Shown: positions 1 to 10,555 of the stretch, in pieces
How the letters are laid out: every line of letters starts with the position of its first letter
Position numbering within the stretch: position 1 is the first letter of the stretch
Assembly: GCA_919901565.1 (NCBI GenBank)
Contig: CAKKPE010000035.1
Coordinates: 6,396 to 70,395, forward strand
Reading direction: 5' to 3'
From: a bacterium
Lineage (GTDB): Bacteria > CG2-30-53-67
Length of the DNA stretch: 64,000 bases
Position numbers and translations under genes: made by a program
The notes under the pieces: model-generated
What the model was told of the DNA's origin: nothing
The model's input: only the letters and a program-made list of their open reading frames with translations
The model's database searches: none

Positions 1-2
1 CA

Positions 3-683
3 GTTGCACTCGCATTGGATTACGTGCACTCGGGTCATATCCCCATAACCAACTTCCAGGAAGGAATGTCCTTCTTCTCCTGGACCATCATCCTGGTTTT
101 TCTCATACTGGAATATCAGTACAAAATCCTGATTCTCGGGTCATTTATCATCCCCATGGCCTTTATTTTTCTGCTCTATCCGGCCCTGCTGCCCCACGAA
201 ATCAGCGACATCTCGCCGCTGCTCAAGAGTTACTGGCTCGCGATCCATGTGAGCCTGGCCTTTCTGGGGGACGCGGCCTTCACCCTGGCATTTGCCATCA
301 GCATCATGTACATCATGCAGGACAATCAGCTGAAGGGCCGCCATTTCGGGCCAACCTTCCGCAAACTCCCATCTCTGGAGGTTCTGGATGCACTGAATCA
401 CAGGGTCATCACCGTCGGCTTCCTGCTCCTGACCCTCGGCATCATCACAGGAGCCCTGTGGGCCCGGGTTGCCCTCGGCAGCTACCTTCAAGGGGACCCC
501 AGAGAGATCTGGTCGATCATCACCTGGCTGATCTACGCCGCCCTTCTCCACGGCAGACTGACCGTGGGCTGGCGGGGCAGGCGGTCTGCCATCATGGCCA
601 TTATCGGCTTTTCCGTGCTGGTCTTCGCCTTCGTGGGAGTAAACCTGTTTCTCTCCAGCTATCATAATCCGGAGCGGTTTTAA
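3..683 (+). CDS. cytochrome c assembly protein (CcsA/ResC-like, heme-cluster-associated membrane protein), 5' partial (frame open to window start)
   Basis: Multi-TM hydrophobic protein directly upstream of hemA, a position often taken by a CcsA-like gene. Starts with TTG at 15 and the frame stays open upstream to the window edge. Confidence 0.55.
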   Translation, partial: VALALDYVHSGHIPITNFQEGMSFFSWTIILVFLILEYQYKILILGSFIIPMAFIFLLYPALLPHEISDISPLLKSYWLAIHVSLAFLGDAAFTLAFAISIMYIMQDNQLKGRHFGPTFRKLPSLEVLDALNHRVITVGFLLLTLGIITGALWARVALGSYLQGDPREIWSIITWLIYAALLHGRLTVGWRGRRSAIMAIIGFSVLVFAFVGVNLFLSSYHNPERF

Positions 684-1957
684 TGGGCATTTTACTGGTC
701 GGAATGAGCCACAAGACAGCACCGGTGGAACTCCGGGAGAAATTCTCCATACCCGAAGACTCTCTTTCCGGCCTGCTCGAAAGGCTGAAGAGCCAGGCCA
801 TACAGGAATGCATGATCCTCTCTACATGCAACCGTGTGGAAATTCTCACACACAGCACCCATCCTGAGGAGGGTATCCATGAGATCAAAAACTTCCTCGG
901 ATCGGGAAACAATACATCCTTGATTTCACTCGACCCGCATATCTATGTCCTGCAGGGAGAGGAAGCGATCCGGCATCTATTTCGGGTCTCATCATCGCTG
1001 GACTCCATGATGGTCGGCGAACCTCAGATCCTGGGCCAGATCAAGAACGCCTACACCATCGCATCTGAAAACCAGGCCACGGGCCCGATCCTGAACCGGC
1101 TGATGCACAAGGCCTTTGCCGTGGCCAAACGGGTCAAAACAGAAACCGAAATTGCAAAAAACGCCGTCTCCATCAGCTATGCGGCCGTGGAACTCGCCAA
1201 AAAAATCTTTGAGGACATCACAGACAAGACCGTGATGCTGATCGGAGCCGGGGAGATGAGCGAACTCGCCGCAAAACATCTCATGAAGAACGGCGCCGGA
1301 AAGATCCTGGTCACCAACCGGACATACAGCCGGGCCGTGGAACTGGCGCAGGAGTTCAGCGGAAGCGCCATCCGCTTCGAAGACTTCGTCAACTCCCTGA
1401 TACGGACCGATATCATCATTACCTCGACCGGCTCCCCTGATTATATCCTCCACCATCACCAGGTCAAAGATATCCTGCACACGAGACGGAATAAACCGAT
1501 CCTCATGATCGACATCGCCGTGCCCCGTGACCTGGACCCGGAGATCAACAAAATCGACAACGTCTACCTCTATGACATCGACGATCTGCAGTCGGTGGTC
1601 AACACTAACATCGAGGGACGGGAAAAGGAAGCCGAGAAAGCCGGCACCATCATCTCCGAGGAGGTAAAGGCCTTCCTTAAATGGATGGCATCTCTGGAGG
1701 TCACGCCCCTCATCGTGCAACTCAGGGAACGGCTGGATCAGATCCGGCAGGAAGAACTGGGAAAGACCCTCCCCCGGTTAAACGGCATATCGGAGCAGGA
1801 CAAAAAGGCCATCGAATCCATGTCCATGTCCATGATCAACAAGATCCTGCACGGCCCCACGCAGGCCTTGAAAATGTACAGCCACAGGCAGGAAAAGGAG
1901 ACCCTCATACGAATCCTCAAGGAGATCTTCCGGCTGGATGAGTCCAAAGAAGACTGA
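683..1957 (+). CDS. hemA: glutamyl-tRNA reductase
   Basis: 424 aa. N-terminal MGILLVGMSHKTAPVELREKF with the catalytic Cys region STCNRVEI and an NADPH-binding GAGEM motif, all typical of HemA. First gene of the heme operon. Confidence 0.9.
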   Translation: MGILLVGMSHKTAPVELREKFSIPEDSLSGLLERLKSQAIQECMILSTCNRVEILTHSTHPEEGIHEIKNFLGSGNNTSLISLDPHIYVLQGEEAIRHLFRVSSSLDSMMVGEPQILGQIKNAYTIASENQATGPILNRLMHKAFAVAKRVKTETEIAKNAVSISYAAVELAKKIFEDITDKTVMLIGAGEMSELAAKHLMKNGAGKILVTNRTYSRAVELAQEFSGSAIRFEDFVNSLIRTDIIITSTGSPDYILHHHQVKDILHTRRNKPILMIDIAVPRDLDPEINKIDNVYLYDIDDLQSVVNTNIEGREKEAEKAGTIISEEVKAFLKWMASLEVTPLIVQLRERLDQIRQEELGKTLPRLNGISEQDKKAIESMSMSMINKILHGPTQALKMYSHRQEKETLIRILKEIFRLDESKED

Positions 1958-2037
1958 ATCCACCTGCAAGTCATCCTGCAGGGCAATCAAACAACAACCC
2001 CGGCCTGAACCCGGCGAAGGGACGATAAGGACATATA

Positions 2038-2970
2038 ATGGAGAAAAGAAAAGAGATACGGATCGGAACGCGGGCAAGCCAGCTTGCACTCTGGCAGGCC
2101 AACTGGGTCAAACAATCCCTGGAATCAAGGTACAAAGACCTGACGGTCACCCTGACCAAGATCAAGACCACCGGTGACAAGATCCTGGATGTGCCCCTGG
2201 CCCGGGTGGGCGGCAAAGGTCTTTTCGTCAAGGAGATTGAAGAAGCCATGGTGGACGGGAAGATCGACATCGCCGTGCACAGTATGAAGGACGTCCCCAC
2301 CGACCTCCCGGACATGCTCCACCTTCCGGTCATGTCCAAACGGGAAGACCCCAGGGACGCCCTCCTTTCCCACGGTCAGACCTTTGCTATCCTGCCCAAA
2401 GGCGCCAAAGTAGGGACCAGCAGCCTCCGCCGGCAGGCCCAGCTCCTTCACCTGCGCCCGGACCTCAAGATGGTCACCCTGCGGGGCAACCTGGACACCC
2501 GTATCCGCAAACTCGGAACCGACAACCTGGATGCCGTGATCCTTGCTGCAGCAGGGATCCGGAGGATGGGCTGGAGCGACAAGATCACCGAACTGCTCTC
2601 CACGGAGATCTCGCTTCCGGCCATCGGCCAGGGGGCTATCGGCATCGAGTGCCGCAGGGATGATACCTGGGTCAACAACCAGATCGCTTTTCTCCTGCAC
2701 CCCGAGACCTTTGAGGCAGTGTCATCGGAGCGAGCCCTGCTGAAAAGACTTGAAGGGGGATGCCAGGTCCCCATCGCGGCATACGCCGAGATCCAGGACC
2801 ATACCATACGCCTGAGAGGACTGGTTGGAAGCGTGGACGGGAAGACCCTGATCCGGGACGAGATCACGGGGCCCCGGTCCCAGGGAGATGCTATCGGGGT
2901 CGAGCTTGCCGAACGGCTCCTCAAGGCAGGCGCAGGCAAGATCCTGAAAGAGGTCTATGAACAACAATAA
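2038..2970 (+). CDS. hemC: hydroxymethylbilane synthase (porphobilinogen deaminase)
   Basis: 310 aa. N-terminus IRIGTRASQLALWQA and dipyrromethane cofactor Cys region (LEGGCQVPIA) match HemC. Confidence 0.9.
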   Translation: MEKRKEIRIGTRASQLALWQANWVKQSLESRYKDLTVTLTKIKTTGDKILDVPLARVGGKGLFVKEIEEAMVDGKIDIAVHSMKDVPTDLPDMLHLPVMSKREDPRDALLSHGQTFAILPKGAKVGTSSLRRQAQLLHLRPDLKMVTLRGNLDTRIRKLGTDNLDAVILAAAGIRRMGWSDKITELLSTEISLPAIGQGAIGIECRRDDTWVNNQIAFLLHPETFEAVSSERALLKRLEGGCQVPIAAYAEIQDHTIRLRGLVGSVDGKTLIRDEITGPRSQGDAIGVELAERLLKAGAGKILKEVYEQQ

Positions 2971-3026
2971 CCATCTTTTTTTTCAAACTTATCGCGAGAT
3001 TTTGAATATTTCTGCAGCCGCTATAT

Positions 3027-3092
3027 GTTTGAAACCGTTCAAACAGTTTAAACCGTTCAAACAGTTTAAACGGCTTGAACGGTTTGAACGGT
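3027..3092. repeat. 9-bp alternating-orientation tandem repeat (GTTTGAAAC/CGTTCAAAC/AGTTTAAAC...), locus A, inside the hemC-cobA/hemD intergenic spacer
   Basis: 7 units. Same family as loci B-F. Confidence 0.8.
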
Positions 3093-4646
3093 ATATCTGG
3101 AGGATCTGCTTTGAGTCGTGAAAGGCCCAAGAGCGGAAAGGTCTATCTGATCGGGGCCGGACCGGGACATCCCAAACTGATCACCCTCAGGGCCATCGAG
3201 TGCATCCAGGACTCCGATGTCATTCTCTATGACCATCTGGCCAATCAGAAATTTCTCCAGTACGCAAGAAAAGACTGCGAGATCATCTATGCCGGAAAGA
3301 CCGGCGTGCATCACACCCTGCACCAGGACGAGATCAATCAGATCCTGATCGAGAAGACCCGCCAGGGCCGCACCGTGGGCCGGCTCAAGGGCGGGGACCC
3401 GCTCCTCTTCGGCCGGGGAGGCGAAGAGGCCGAGGAACTCGCAAAACAGGGGATTGACTTCGAAATTGTGCCGGGAGTCCCTGCAGCCACGGCCGCAGCG
3501 GCCTACGCAGGGATCCCCCTGACCCATCGGGACTTCTCCTCGACCGTAGCCTTCGTAACCGGACATGAGGGATCTGAAAAAACCGGCCCGGCCGTGGATT
3601 GGGCAAAACTCAGTACCGGCGTCGGGACCCTGGTAATCTACATGGGGATCGGGAACCTCAAGGAAAACGTCCGGAAGATCATGGCCCACGGCCGCTCCCC
3701 TGAAACCCCGGTGGCCCTGATCCGCTGGGCAACCACCCCGGACCAGGAAACCCTGTGCGGAACCCTCTCCGACATCTACGAGAAGGCGCAGGCCGCTGAC
3801 TTCAGGGCCCCGGCCATCATGATCGTAGGAGAGAGCGTCACCCTGCGGGACAAGCTCCAATGGGCGGAGCGGCTCCCCCTCTTCGGAAAACGGATCGTCC
3901 TTACACGGGAGAGGGAGCAGGCCGGGGATTTCTCCGAGCATCTGGAGCGTTTCGGAGCAGAGATATTCTATCTGCCGACCATCCGGATCGTCCCGCCTGA
4001 AAGCTTTGAGATCCTGGACCGGGCCATGGATGAACTTTCGTCCTTTCATTGGGCGGTCTTCACCAGCGCCAACGCAGTCCGGGGATTCATGGACCGGCTC
4101 CTGGAGCGGGGCCGTGATGTGCGCGACCTCAAGGGGATACGGATCGTGACCGTGGGAACGGCCACGGCACAGGCCCTCCTCAAAAAGGGGATACGCGCGG
4201 ACCTGATTCCCGAAGAGTTCCGGGGCGAAGGGGTGATCCAGGCACTGAAGGCACAGGGGGATCTGCACGGCACAAAGATCCTGATCCCGAGGGCGGAAAA
4301 GGCTCGGGAAATCCTTCCCGACACCCTGAGGGATGAAGGAGCCGAGGTAGTGGTCGCCGCGGTCTACCGCAACGTCCCGCTGGAGATCGACCCCAAGGAC
4401 CTCCAGGAGATCCTGGTCACGAGAAAGGCCCATCTGATCGTATTCACCAGTCCTTCCAATGTAAACAATTTCATGAGGGCTGTGGAGAAAGAAGGGCTGA
4501 GCGGGGCTCTCCATGGGATCAAGATCGCCTGTATCGGGCCGGTGACAGGAGACGCTGCCAGAAAACGAGGATTAGAGGTGGCGCTGGAACCAGAAGCCTC
4601 CACCCTGAGGTCGCTGTCTGATTCAATCTTGCGTTTGTTTGGATAA
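3075..4646 (+). CDS. bifunctional uroporphyrinogen-III C-methyltransferase / uroporphyrinogen-III synthase (CobA/HemD fusion)
   Basis: 523 aa. The N-terminal half (VYLIGAGPGHPKLITLRA...GGDPLLFGRG) has the SUMT/CobA signature. The C-terminal ~270 aa is HemD-like. This fusion is common in sulfate reducers. Confidence 0.85.
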   Translation: MNGLNGISGGSALSRERPKSGKVYLIGAGPGHPKLITLRAIECIQDSDVILYDHLANQKFLQYARKDCEIIYAGKTGVHHTLHQDEINQILIEKTRQGRTVGRLKGGDPLLFGRGGEEAEELAKQGIDFEIVPGVPAATAAAAYAGIPLTHRDFSSTVAFVTGHEGSEKTGPAVDWAKLSTGVGTLVIYMGIGNLKENVRKIMAHGRSPETPVALIRWATTPDQETLCGTLSDIYEKAQAADFRAPAIMIVGESVTLRDKLQWAERLPLFGKRIVLTREREQAGDFSEHLERFGAEIFYLPTIRIVPPESFEILDRAMDELSSFHWAVFTSANAVRGFMDRLLERGRDVRDLKGIRIVTVGTATAQALLKKGIRADLIPEEFRGEGVIQALKAQGDLHGTKILIPRAEKAREILPDTLRDEGAEVVVAAVYRNVPLEIDPKDLQEILVTRKAHLIVFTSPSNVNNFMRAVEKEGLSGALHGIKIACIGPVTGDAARKRGLEVALEPEASTLRSLSDSILRLFG

Positions 4647-4684
4647 CCGTATAATATAACGGGGGAAAAGGAGGCATAATCATC

Positions 4685-5659
4685 ATGTTCTATCCCAGCT
4701 ACCGCCCGCGAAGGATGCGGAAAAATCCCCAGTTCCGGCGAATGGTCCGTGAAACCGCCCTCTCCGTGGATAACCTGATCTATCCCATGTTCGTGATACA
4801 CGGCAAGAATGTGCGAAAGGAGATATCCTCCATGCCAGGGAACTTCCAGCTATCCGTGGACAACCTGGTCAAGGATGCCAGGGCCGTGCATGGACTCGGC
4901 ATCCCGGCTGTCATCCTCTTCGGCATCCCCAAGACCAAGGACGAGATGGGCACTGGCGCCTATGATGACAAGGGGATCATCCAGACGGCTGTGCGGGCGC
5001 TCAAGGACAAGGTCCCGGACCTCATGGTCATCACCGACGTATGCCTCTGCGAATATACCAGCCACGGCCATTGCGGCATTGTGGAGAACGGAGAGATCCT
5101 CAATGACCCGACCCTGGAGCTTCTGGCCAGGGAAGCGGTGTCCCATGCCCGCGCAGGCGCCGATATGGTCGCTCCGTCGGACATGATGGACGGCCGGGTC
5201 GGAGCGATCCGGGACGCCCTGGATGAAGAAGGGTTGGATCAGATCCCCATCATGTCCTATGCGGTCAAGTATGCCTCGGCCTTTTACGGCCCCTTCCGCG
5301 ATGCGGCCGAATCTCCCCCTAAGTTCGGAGACCGGTCCTCCTACCAGATGGACCCGGCCAATACACGGGAGGCCATGCGCGAGGCCGAACTCGATGTGGC
5401 TGAAGGAGCGGACATCCTCATGGTCAAGCCCGCCCTTCCTTATCTGGACATCATCCACCGCGTGCGGGACGAATTCGATCTTCCGGTCGCTGCCTACAAC
5501 GTGAGCGGGGAATACTCCATGATCAAGGCCGCGGCCAGGCTCGGATGGCTCGATGAAAAGAAAGCCATGATGGAGTCGCTCACGGCCATCAAACGGGCCG
5601 GCGCGGACCTGATCCTGACCTACTGGGCCAGGGAGGCGGCGAAGCTCCTCCATGAATGA
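4685..5659 (+). CDS. hemB: porphobilinogen synthase (delta-aminolevulinic acid dehydratase)
   Basis: 324 aa. [23 protein letters not shown] start, Cys-rich metal site ([12 protein letters not shown]) and the active-site region match HemB. Confidence 0.9.
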   Translation: MFYPSYRPRRMRKNPQFRRMVRETALSVDNLIYPMFVIHGKNVRKEISSMPGNFQLSVDNLVKDARAVHGLGIPAVILFGIPKTKDEMGTGAYDDKGIIQTAVRALKDKVPDLMVITDVCLCEYTSHGHCGIVENGEILNDPTLELLAREAVSHARAGADMVAPSDMMDGRVGAIRDALDEEGLDQIPIMSYAVKYASAFYGPFRDAAESPPKFGDRSSYQMDPANTREAMREAELDVAEGADILMVKPALPYLDIIHRVRDEFDLPVAAYNVSGEYSMIKAAARLGWLDEKKAMMESLTAIKRAGADLILTYWAREAAKLLHE

Positions 5660-5704
5660 AGGGCTGTAAGGTAGAAGAGTTTAACGGTTCAAAAAATCAC
5701 GTGA

Positions 5705-6532
5705 TTAGAACTGTGCCAAGGACCCTTGTTCCTTGGCACGGGACAGGGCCCTGTTGAAGAGAAACAAGCTCATGGGGATGCCGACTGCTGCATAGAGAAT
5801 GAGCACGGCAATGTCCGGGCCGAGTTTCGTAACCGGCTCCCCCAGCAGGATGGCGTGCCGCATGGCGCGAAGCGAGTAGGTCAACGGGATGAAATCCGAA
5901 CCGCGCTGCAGAAACTCCGGAAGAATCGTCACCGGATAATAGACCCCTCCGAGAAGCGCAGAAAGGGTGCCGAAGATAAAAGAGACCGGGTCTCCCCGCT
6001 TGTAAATCAGCACAAAAGCCGCGGAGAGTATCCCAAAGGATGAGAAGGCCAGTATGGTCGTCAGCAGAACCACGAATACGGAGAACAGGTTGGCCTGGCC
6101 GATCCGGAGGCCGAAGAAGACAACACCGAAAAACAGATAGACCGCCACCTCGAACGTAGCGTAAATGAAACTCCAGAGGCTGGAGTAAATCAAAAGTAAA
6201 ATCGGCCTCGTGGGCATGGTCAGCATGGTCTCCAACGTGCCGGTCATCTGGCCTTCCCGGATGGTGCTGGAGAAAATGGAGAGGGCCACGCCCATATAGC
6301 GGTAAAAAGCGATCCCGATCAGGACAAAGGGAAAATACTCTCCTCCGTAAGCTGAAAGGGAGCGGCTGGCAGACTCCCCGAAAAGGCGGGAGATATAATA
6401 AAACATCACCACGGAAAAGAAGACCCCTGCGATCTGGGATACAAACGAGAGCCGATAGCTGATTTCTCCCAGAAAATCCCGCCGGAGGAAGGCCATCGGT
6501 TTATGGACCATGGAGAGAGAGAGTACGCTCAT
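5705..6532 (-). CDS. ABC-2 type transporter permease
   Basis: 275 aa, 6-TM hydrophobic profile. Translationally coupled to the downstream ATPase (4-nt overlap). Confidence 0.7.
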   Translation of the reverse strand: MSVLSLSMVHKPMAFLRRDFLGEISYRLSFVSQIAGVFFSVVMFYYISRLFGESASRSLSAYGGEYFPFVLIGIAFYRYMGVALSIFSSTIREGQMTGTLETMLTMPTRPILLLIYSSLWSFIYATFEVAVYLFFGVVFFGLRIGQANLFSVFVVLLTTILAFSSFGILSAAFVLIYKRGDPVSFIFGTLSALLGGVYYPVTILPEFLQRGSDFIPLTYSLRAMRHAILLGEPVTKLGPDIAVLILYAAVGIPMSLFLFNRALSRAKEQGSLAQF

Positions 6533-7299
6533 CTTACCCTGCCTCCCTGCTGATGGCCCTGGAAAAGATCGTCTTCTATGCTCCCGTCGCAGACCAGCCG
6601 TCCTCGGTCGAGGATTCCGATCCGGTCGCAGAAGTTTCTTGCTTCAGCAAGTCTGTGGGTCACCATGACGATCGTCGTCTGTTTATTCAAAGCCAGGTAA
6701 CGGATCTGCTTCAATAAACTTTCGGCCATGGCCGGATCCAGACCCCGGGTCGGTTCATCCATAAGCAGGACGGCAGGCTCCCGCAGCATGGCCCGGGCCA
6801 CAAGAAGCCTCTGTTTCATCCCTGTGGAATAGGCGTCATACCGGTCGTCCAGAAAATTGTCCATGTTCATGAGCGAGGAGAGTTCCCTGGTCCTGCGGTC
6901 GATCTCCCTGATGGATAGGTTCAACAAAGATCCGAAGAAGCGCAGGTTCTCCCTGCCGCTCAGACGCCAGTAAAAGCTCCTTTCATCCGGATAAACCATG
7001 CCGACCCTCTCCTTGATCCTGTATTCGTCCCGAACCAGGTCGTACCCCAGGATGCGCACGCTCCCCCGGTCCGGCCGGATCAGGGTGGAGAGGACCTTGA
7101 GAAGCGTGGTCTTGCCCGCCCCGTTGGGGCCGAGCAGTCCGAAGACCTCTCCGGCCTGCACATGCAGGGTCACATCGTCGAGCACTTTGATATCATGAGA
7201 GATGGAGGATGAGGAGAACCACCTCCGGATTCCTGTTTGGGGCCTGAAGATCTTGGTGAGTTGTTCTATCTCGATGGCATGGGGCATCAGGGTCTTCAA
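6529..7299 (-). CDS. ABC transporter ATP-binding protein
   Basis: Walker A GPNGAGKTT, ABC signature YSTGMKQRL, Walker B LLMDEPTRGLD. Confidence 0.85.
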   Translation of the reverse strand: MKTLMPHAIEIEQLTKIFRPQTGIRRWFSSSSISHDIKVLDDVTLHVQAGEVFGLLGPNGAGKTTLLKVLSTLIRPDRGSVRILGYDLVRDEYRIKERVGMVYPDERSFYWRLSGRENLRFFGSLLNLSIREIDRRTRELSSLMNMDNFLDDRYDAYSTGMKQRLLVARAMLREPAVLLMDEPTRGLDPAMAESLLKQIRYLALNKQTTIVMVTHRLAEARNFCDRIGILDRGRLVCDGSIEDDLFQGHQQGGRVR

Positions 7300-7346
7300 T
7301 TTCTGAAAAGGTGCCGGTTAAAACAAGACTGCCGCAGACGTCCAGC

Positions 7347-8573
7347 CTACGGATTGCGGTGGTGTTTCGCTGTGGCGTGCAGGTTCCAGCCGTTTTTCTC
7401 GCCAAGGATGTCCTCCTCATAGACCGAACTGGTAATATAGATCAGCGGATTGTCCTTCAGGCTGATGGTCCTCGGGACCTTAAGCTTCTGCCCTTCTGCC
7501 TGATACAGGATCTCCACCGTAGGCCTGAGAGGACGCTCCTCGCTGGTTTCAACCACCTTGCCGATCTCGTTGGTATTCAGCTTCACAAACCCCTCCAAAG
7601 GGAAAACGGAGATCTTCCGAAGAAGCGTCTTGATCAGCTTCTGGGCGAACACACCCTTCTCCTGCTCCACAATAATCTTGATGGCATCGTAAGGAAGAAA
7701 GCGCCTTCGCTGCGGGCGGGTATGGGTGAGAGCCTCATAAAAGTCGACCAGACCGATGATCTGCGCATACTCGTGCAGGTCTTGCCCTGAAAGGCCTCTC
7801 GGATAACCCTTGCCGTTGATCCGTTCATGCTCCTGACGCACCACGGTTGCGATCCATTCATACTGACGTCCGAGACGGGTGAGCATTTCATAACTGTATT
7901 CGGGGTGACGCTTCATCTCCTCATACTCTTCCTTGGTCAGCACATCTTCCTTGTTGATGATTCCGGCGTCCAGTTTGGCCATACCGATGTCGTGCAGGAG
8001 GGCCACGGTCCCGAGGCGGATGAGTTGATTCTCGCTGTATGAGAGCCCCATCCCGACTTTCAGGGCGAAGATCGCCACATTCAAGGAATGGGAGATGAGA
8101 TCGGTGGAGGAGTGGCGGGTATAAACCGCTTTGAGATAGAGTCTGTCTCCAGCCATCAGGCTTTGAACCATCCGGGCGGTACACTCAGCAACCTCGTCCA
8201 CGGAAAAGGTTTGACCCGATTTCCCGTGGTCCATGGCGAGGCCGACCTGTTTCTTGGCATCCTCGTAGATCTTATCCACATCTCCGTAGATCCAATCCCC
8301 GTCCTCGCTTTTGCTGTCAGACTTTTCGTCCAGCATACCGGACGATTTCCTGCGCAGTTCATCCTTGGATATGAGCGTGGAGACCCCCTTATCCTCGCTG
8401 TCCTTGAGCAGTTCGTCCACGGAAAGAATCTCACTCATCTTCAGGTTTTCTTCCTTCCTGGGAGACGATGCCGTCTGCTTTCTGAAAGGGACCTGCTGCA
8501 CGGCTACGGATGGTTTTTCTTCTTCGCCTGAACTGCCTTTTGACTTGCGCAGGATTTCGGTAATTCTTGCCAT
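7347..8573 (-). CDS. HD-GYP domain phosphohydrolase (putative c-di-GMP phosphodiesterase)
   Basis: 408 aa. HD motif (LLHDIGM) and GYP-like motif (INGKGYPRGL) in the C-terminal half. N-terminal acidic/Ser-rich region. Confidence 0.75.
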   Translation of the reverse strand: MARITEILRKSKGSSGEEEKPSVAVQQVPFRKQTASSPRKEENLKMSEILSVDELLKDSEDKGVSTLISKDELRRKSSGMLDEKSDSKSEDGDWIYGDVDKIYEDAKKQVGLAMDHGKSGQTFSVDEVAECTARMVQSLMAGDRLYLKAVYTRHSSTDLISHSLNVAIFALKVGMGLSYSENQLIRLGTVALLHDIGMAKLDAGIINKEDVLTKEEYEEMKRHPEYSYEMLTRLGRQYEWIATVVRQEHERINGKGYPRGLSGQDLHEYAQIIGLVDFYEALTHTRPQRRRFLPYDAIKIIVEQEKGVFAQKLIKTLLRKISVFPLEGFVKLNTNEIGKVVETSEERPLRPTVEILYQAEGQKLKVPRTISLKDNPLIYITSSVYEEDILGEKNGWNLHATAKHHRNP

Positions 8574-8585
8574 AGGTCTGCTCCC

Positions 8586-9383
8586 TTAAAAGGAACCGTT
8601 AGCCGATTTATCCACGATCGCGGTATTGATGAACTTGACGCTCTCTCCGCAGCCGAGCAACAGGCTGAGATCACAGATATTATTGATCTTCCTTGGAATA
8701 CCAGAGCTGTGTTCATAGATCCGTCTAAAGGCGTCATTGGTAAACATATTCCGTTTGGCCCCGGCCTTCTTGAGCCTGAAGAAGATGAACTTGACCATCT
8801 CCTGAATGTCCAGGGGCCTGAGGTGGTAACGGATGGCGATCCTCTGGTCCAATTGCGGCATATTTTCGATCTTCTGCTTGAGTTCGGGCTGGCCGATCAG
8901 AACCAGCGTCAGCAGGAAACGGTCGTTCAACTGAAAATTCAGCAGGAGCCTCAGCTCCTCGAAGGTTTCACTGCTGTTGATCAGTTGTGCCTCATCCACA
9001 ATGATCACCGTGTTCTTCCCTTCCTTGAGATTCTGATAAAGGTAATCGTTCAGCTGGTGGATCATCTCGCTCTTGGATTGGGACGGGGTCTTCAGCCCGA
9101 ACTGATACATGATCTCCTTTAAGAAATCGTCAGCCGGCAGGCATGGATTCTCGATCAGGGCCAGTTGATAATTCCTCTGGCCGAGCCGCTGCACCAGGAG
9201 CCGGCTGATCGTAGTCTTGCCGCAGCCGATCTCACCGGTTAGCAAGGCCGCACCCTTCCGGTTTTCAATGGCATAGATCAGCCGTGTCAGGGCCTCTTCG
9301 TGAATGGGAGATTTATAGAGATAGGCAGGATTTGGTAGATTTTCAAATGGATATTCTGTTAAGCCCCAATAATCCTTGTACAT
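8586..9383 (-). CDS. ExeA/MshM-like AAA ATPase
   Basis: P-loop GEIGCGKTT and DEAQ Walker B. ExeA-family N-terminus MYKDYWGLTEYPF (start chosen at the internal Met rather than the 9410 ORF start). Confidence 0.65.
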   Translation of the reverse strand: MYKDYWGLTEYPFENLPNPAYLYKSPIHEEALTRLIYAIENRKGAALLTGEIGCGKTTISRLLVQRLGQRNYQLALIENPCLPADDFLKEIMYQFGLKTPSQSKSEMIHQLNDYLYQNLKEGKNTVIIVDEAQLINSSETFEELRLLLNFQLNDRFLLTLVLIGQPELKQKIENMPQLDQRIAIRYHLRPLDIQEMVKFIFFRLKKAGAKRNMFTNDAFRRIYEHSSGIPRKINNICDLSLLLGCGESVKFINTAIVDKSANGSF

Positions 9384-9649
9384 ATGCAATATTCTCCGGT
9401 TAAAAGTCAATTTTTATGATAATTGACAAACAGCATCTGGAGTCTTATTTCATAAGATCAAAATACAGGAAAATCCTTTACTATTGATATGTTAATGTGA
9501 CAAGCCGATTTTTGTCAAGATTTAATTTGCCAGGTTTTGACAGCGAGAATTTGAAGAAACCCCTCTCGATTATCCAGATTTTTTATGCAGAAGGGCAAGA
9601 ATCTCTTATTCAAAGACTCCCAGGTCAGCCCCATTCATCCCTATCCGCC

Positions 9650-10378
9650 CTACCCGAACCGTGACAGGGAGGGGAAGAGCTTCATGATCCAGATGGATAG
9701 ATAACCCAGGCGGTTCATGAAGATCATCACCCCAATGGTGATCAGCAGCATTCCGGATACCACTTCCACGGCCTTGAAATGTTTTCTGAACCGGTTGATG
9801 AGGGAGAGCGACCAGCCGGTCGCAACACCTGCAAGGATGAAGGGGATACCGAGTCCCATGGCGTAAACCAGGAGAAGGAGGATCCCGGTCTTGATACTCT
9901 CCTGGGTCCCGGCCATGGCCAGGATCCCCGCCAGAATGGGCCCGATACAGGGGGTCCAGCCGAATGCGAATACCACCCCGATGACAAAGGCCTGGAGATA
10001 GGAGATCCGTTTTGTCCTGACATGGAACCTTTTCTCATAATTCAAAAAACTAATCCTGAAAATACCCATGGTATGCAGGCCCAGGACCATCAGGGCCAGG
10101 CCCGAGATCTTCCGCATCAAACCCATATGGCCGGTAATCATATGCCCAATCAGAGTGGCCGATGCCCCGAGCAGAGTGAAGACCAGAGAGAAACCGGCCA
10201 CAAAAAACAAGGAGCTGGCGAGGACGCCGGGGAGCAGGGACGAAGGATTCTCCTCACCCGCCAGTTGTTCCACCGAAACACCTGAAATATAAGAGATGTA
10301 CGCCGGGACCAGAGGCAGGACACAGGGTGAGATAAAAGAAAGCAGACCGCCCAAAAATGCAAACAGAAACTGATCCAT
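9650..10378 (-). CDS. ccdA: cytochrome c-type biogenesis protein CcdA (DsbD-like thiol-disulfide transporter)
   Basis: 242 aa, 6 TM helices. Conserved Cys in TM1 (SPCVLPLVPAY) and a second Cys (GWTPCIGP) are the CcdA hallmarks. Confidence 0.8.
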   Translation of the reverse strand: MDQFLFAFLGGLLSFISPCVLPLVPAYISYISGVSVEQLAGEENPSSLLPGVLASSLFFVAGFSLVFTLLGASATLIGHMITGHMGLMRKISGLALMVLGLHTMGIFRISFLNYEKRFHVRTKRISYLQAFVIGVVFAFGWTPCIGPILAGILAMAGTQESIKTGILLLLVYAMGLGIPFILAGVATGWSLSLINRFRKHFKAVEVVSGMLLITIGVMIFMNRLGYLSIWIMKLFPSLSRFG

Positions 10379-10384
10379 ATAGAT

Positions 10385-10548
10385 TTACCTTTGAATTTCA
10401 AAATTCTAAGTTCTAAATCCTAAACAATTTCAAATGACCAAAATTCTAAACAGTACGATTCATGCATTTAAATGTTTTGGACATTTGGATTTTGAATTTT
10501 GAATTTGTTTAGAATTTCGACATTAGGATTTAGAATTTATATATGATC
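10385..10548. repeat. AT-rich low-complexity region with imperfect dyad symmetry (TTCTAAA/TTTAGAA, AATTCAAA words in both orientations)
   Basis: Occupies the whole intergenic region between the 10556 gene stop and the ccdA start. Confidence 0.4.
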
Positions 10549-10555
10549 CTCGGCT

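Noticed and set aside
141-722. 193-aa minus-strand ORF (and the 458-667 plus-strand ORF) overlapping the CcsA-like gene
   Set aside because: Antisense or overlapping to a well-supported membrane-protein CDS. Pro/Gly/Arg-rich composition typical of GC-rich antisense frames.
992-1720. 242-aa minus-strand ORF inside hemA
   Set aside because: Fully antisense to hemA, whose homology is unambiguous. No recognisable domain.
2921-3130. ORFs encoding FKPFKLFERFK-type peptides (2921-3130 -, 30380-30667 -, 30968-31171 -, 31146-31535 +)
   Set aside because: Low-complexity translations of the 9-bp TTGAAC tandem repeats.
3066-4514. 482-aa minus-strand ORF spanning cobA/hemD
   Set aside because: Long, but entirely antisense to the CobA/HemD fusion gene, which has clear motifs. 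High-GC antisense frames often stay open.
4850-5653. 267-aa minus-strand ORF inside hemB
   Set aside because: Antisense to hemB.
5713-5740. Perfect 10-bp-stem hairpin GTGCCAAGGA...TCCTTGGCAC after hemB
   Set aside because: No T-run follows, and it lies inside the 3' end of the convergent ABC permease CDS. Possibly a bidirectional terminator, but not supportable as a feature.
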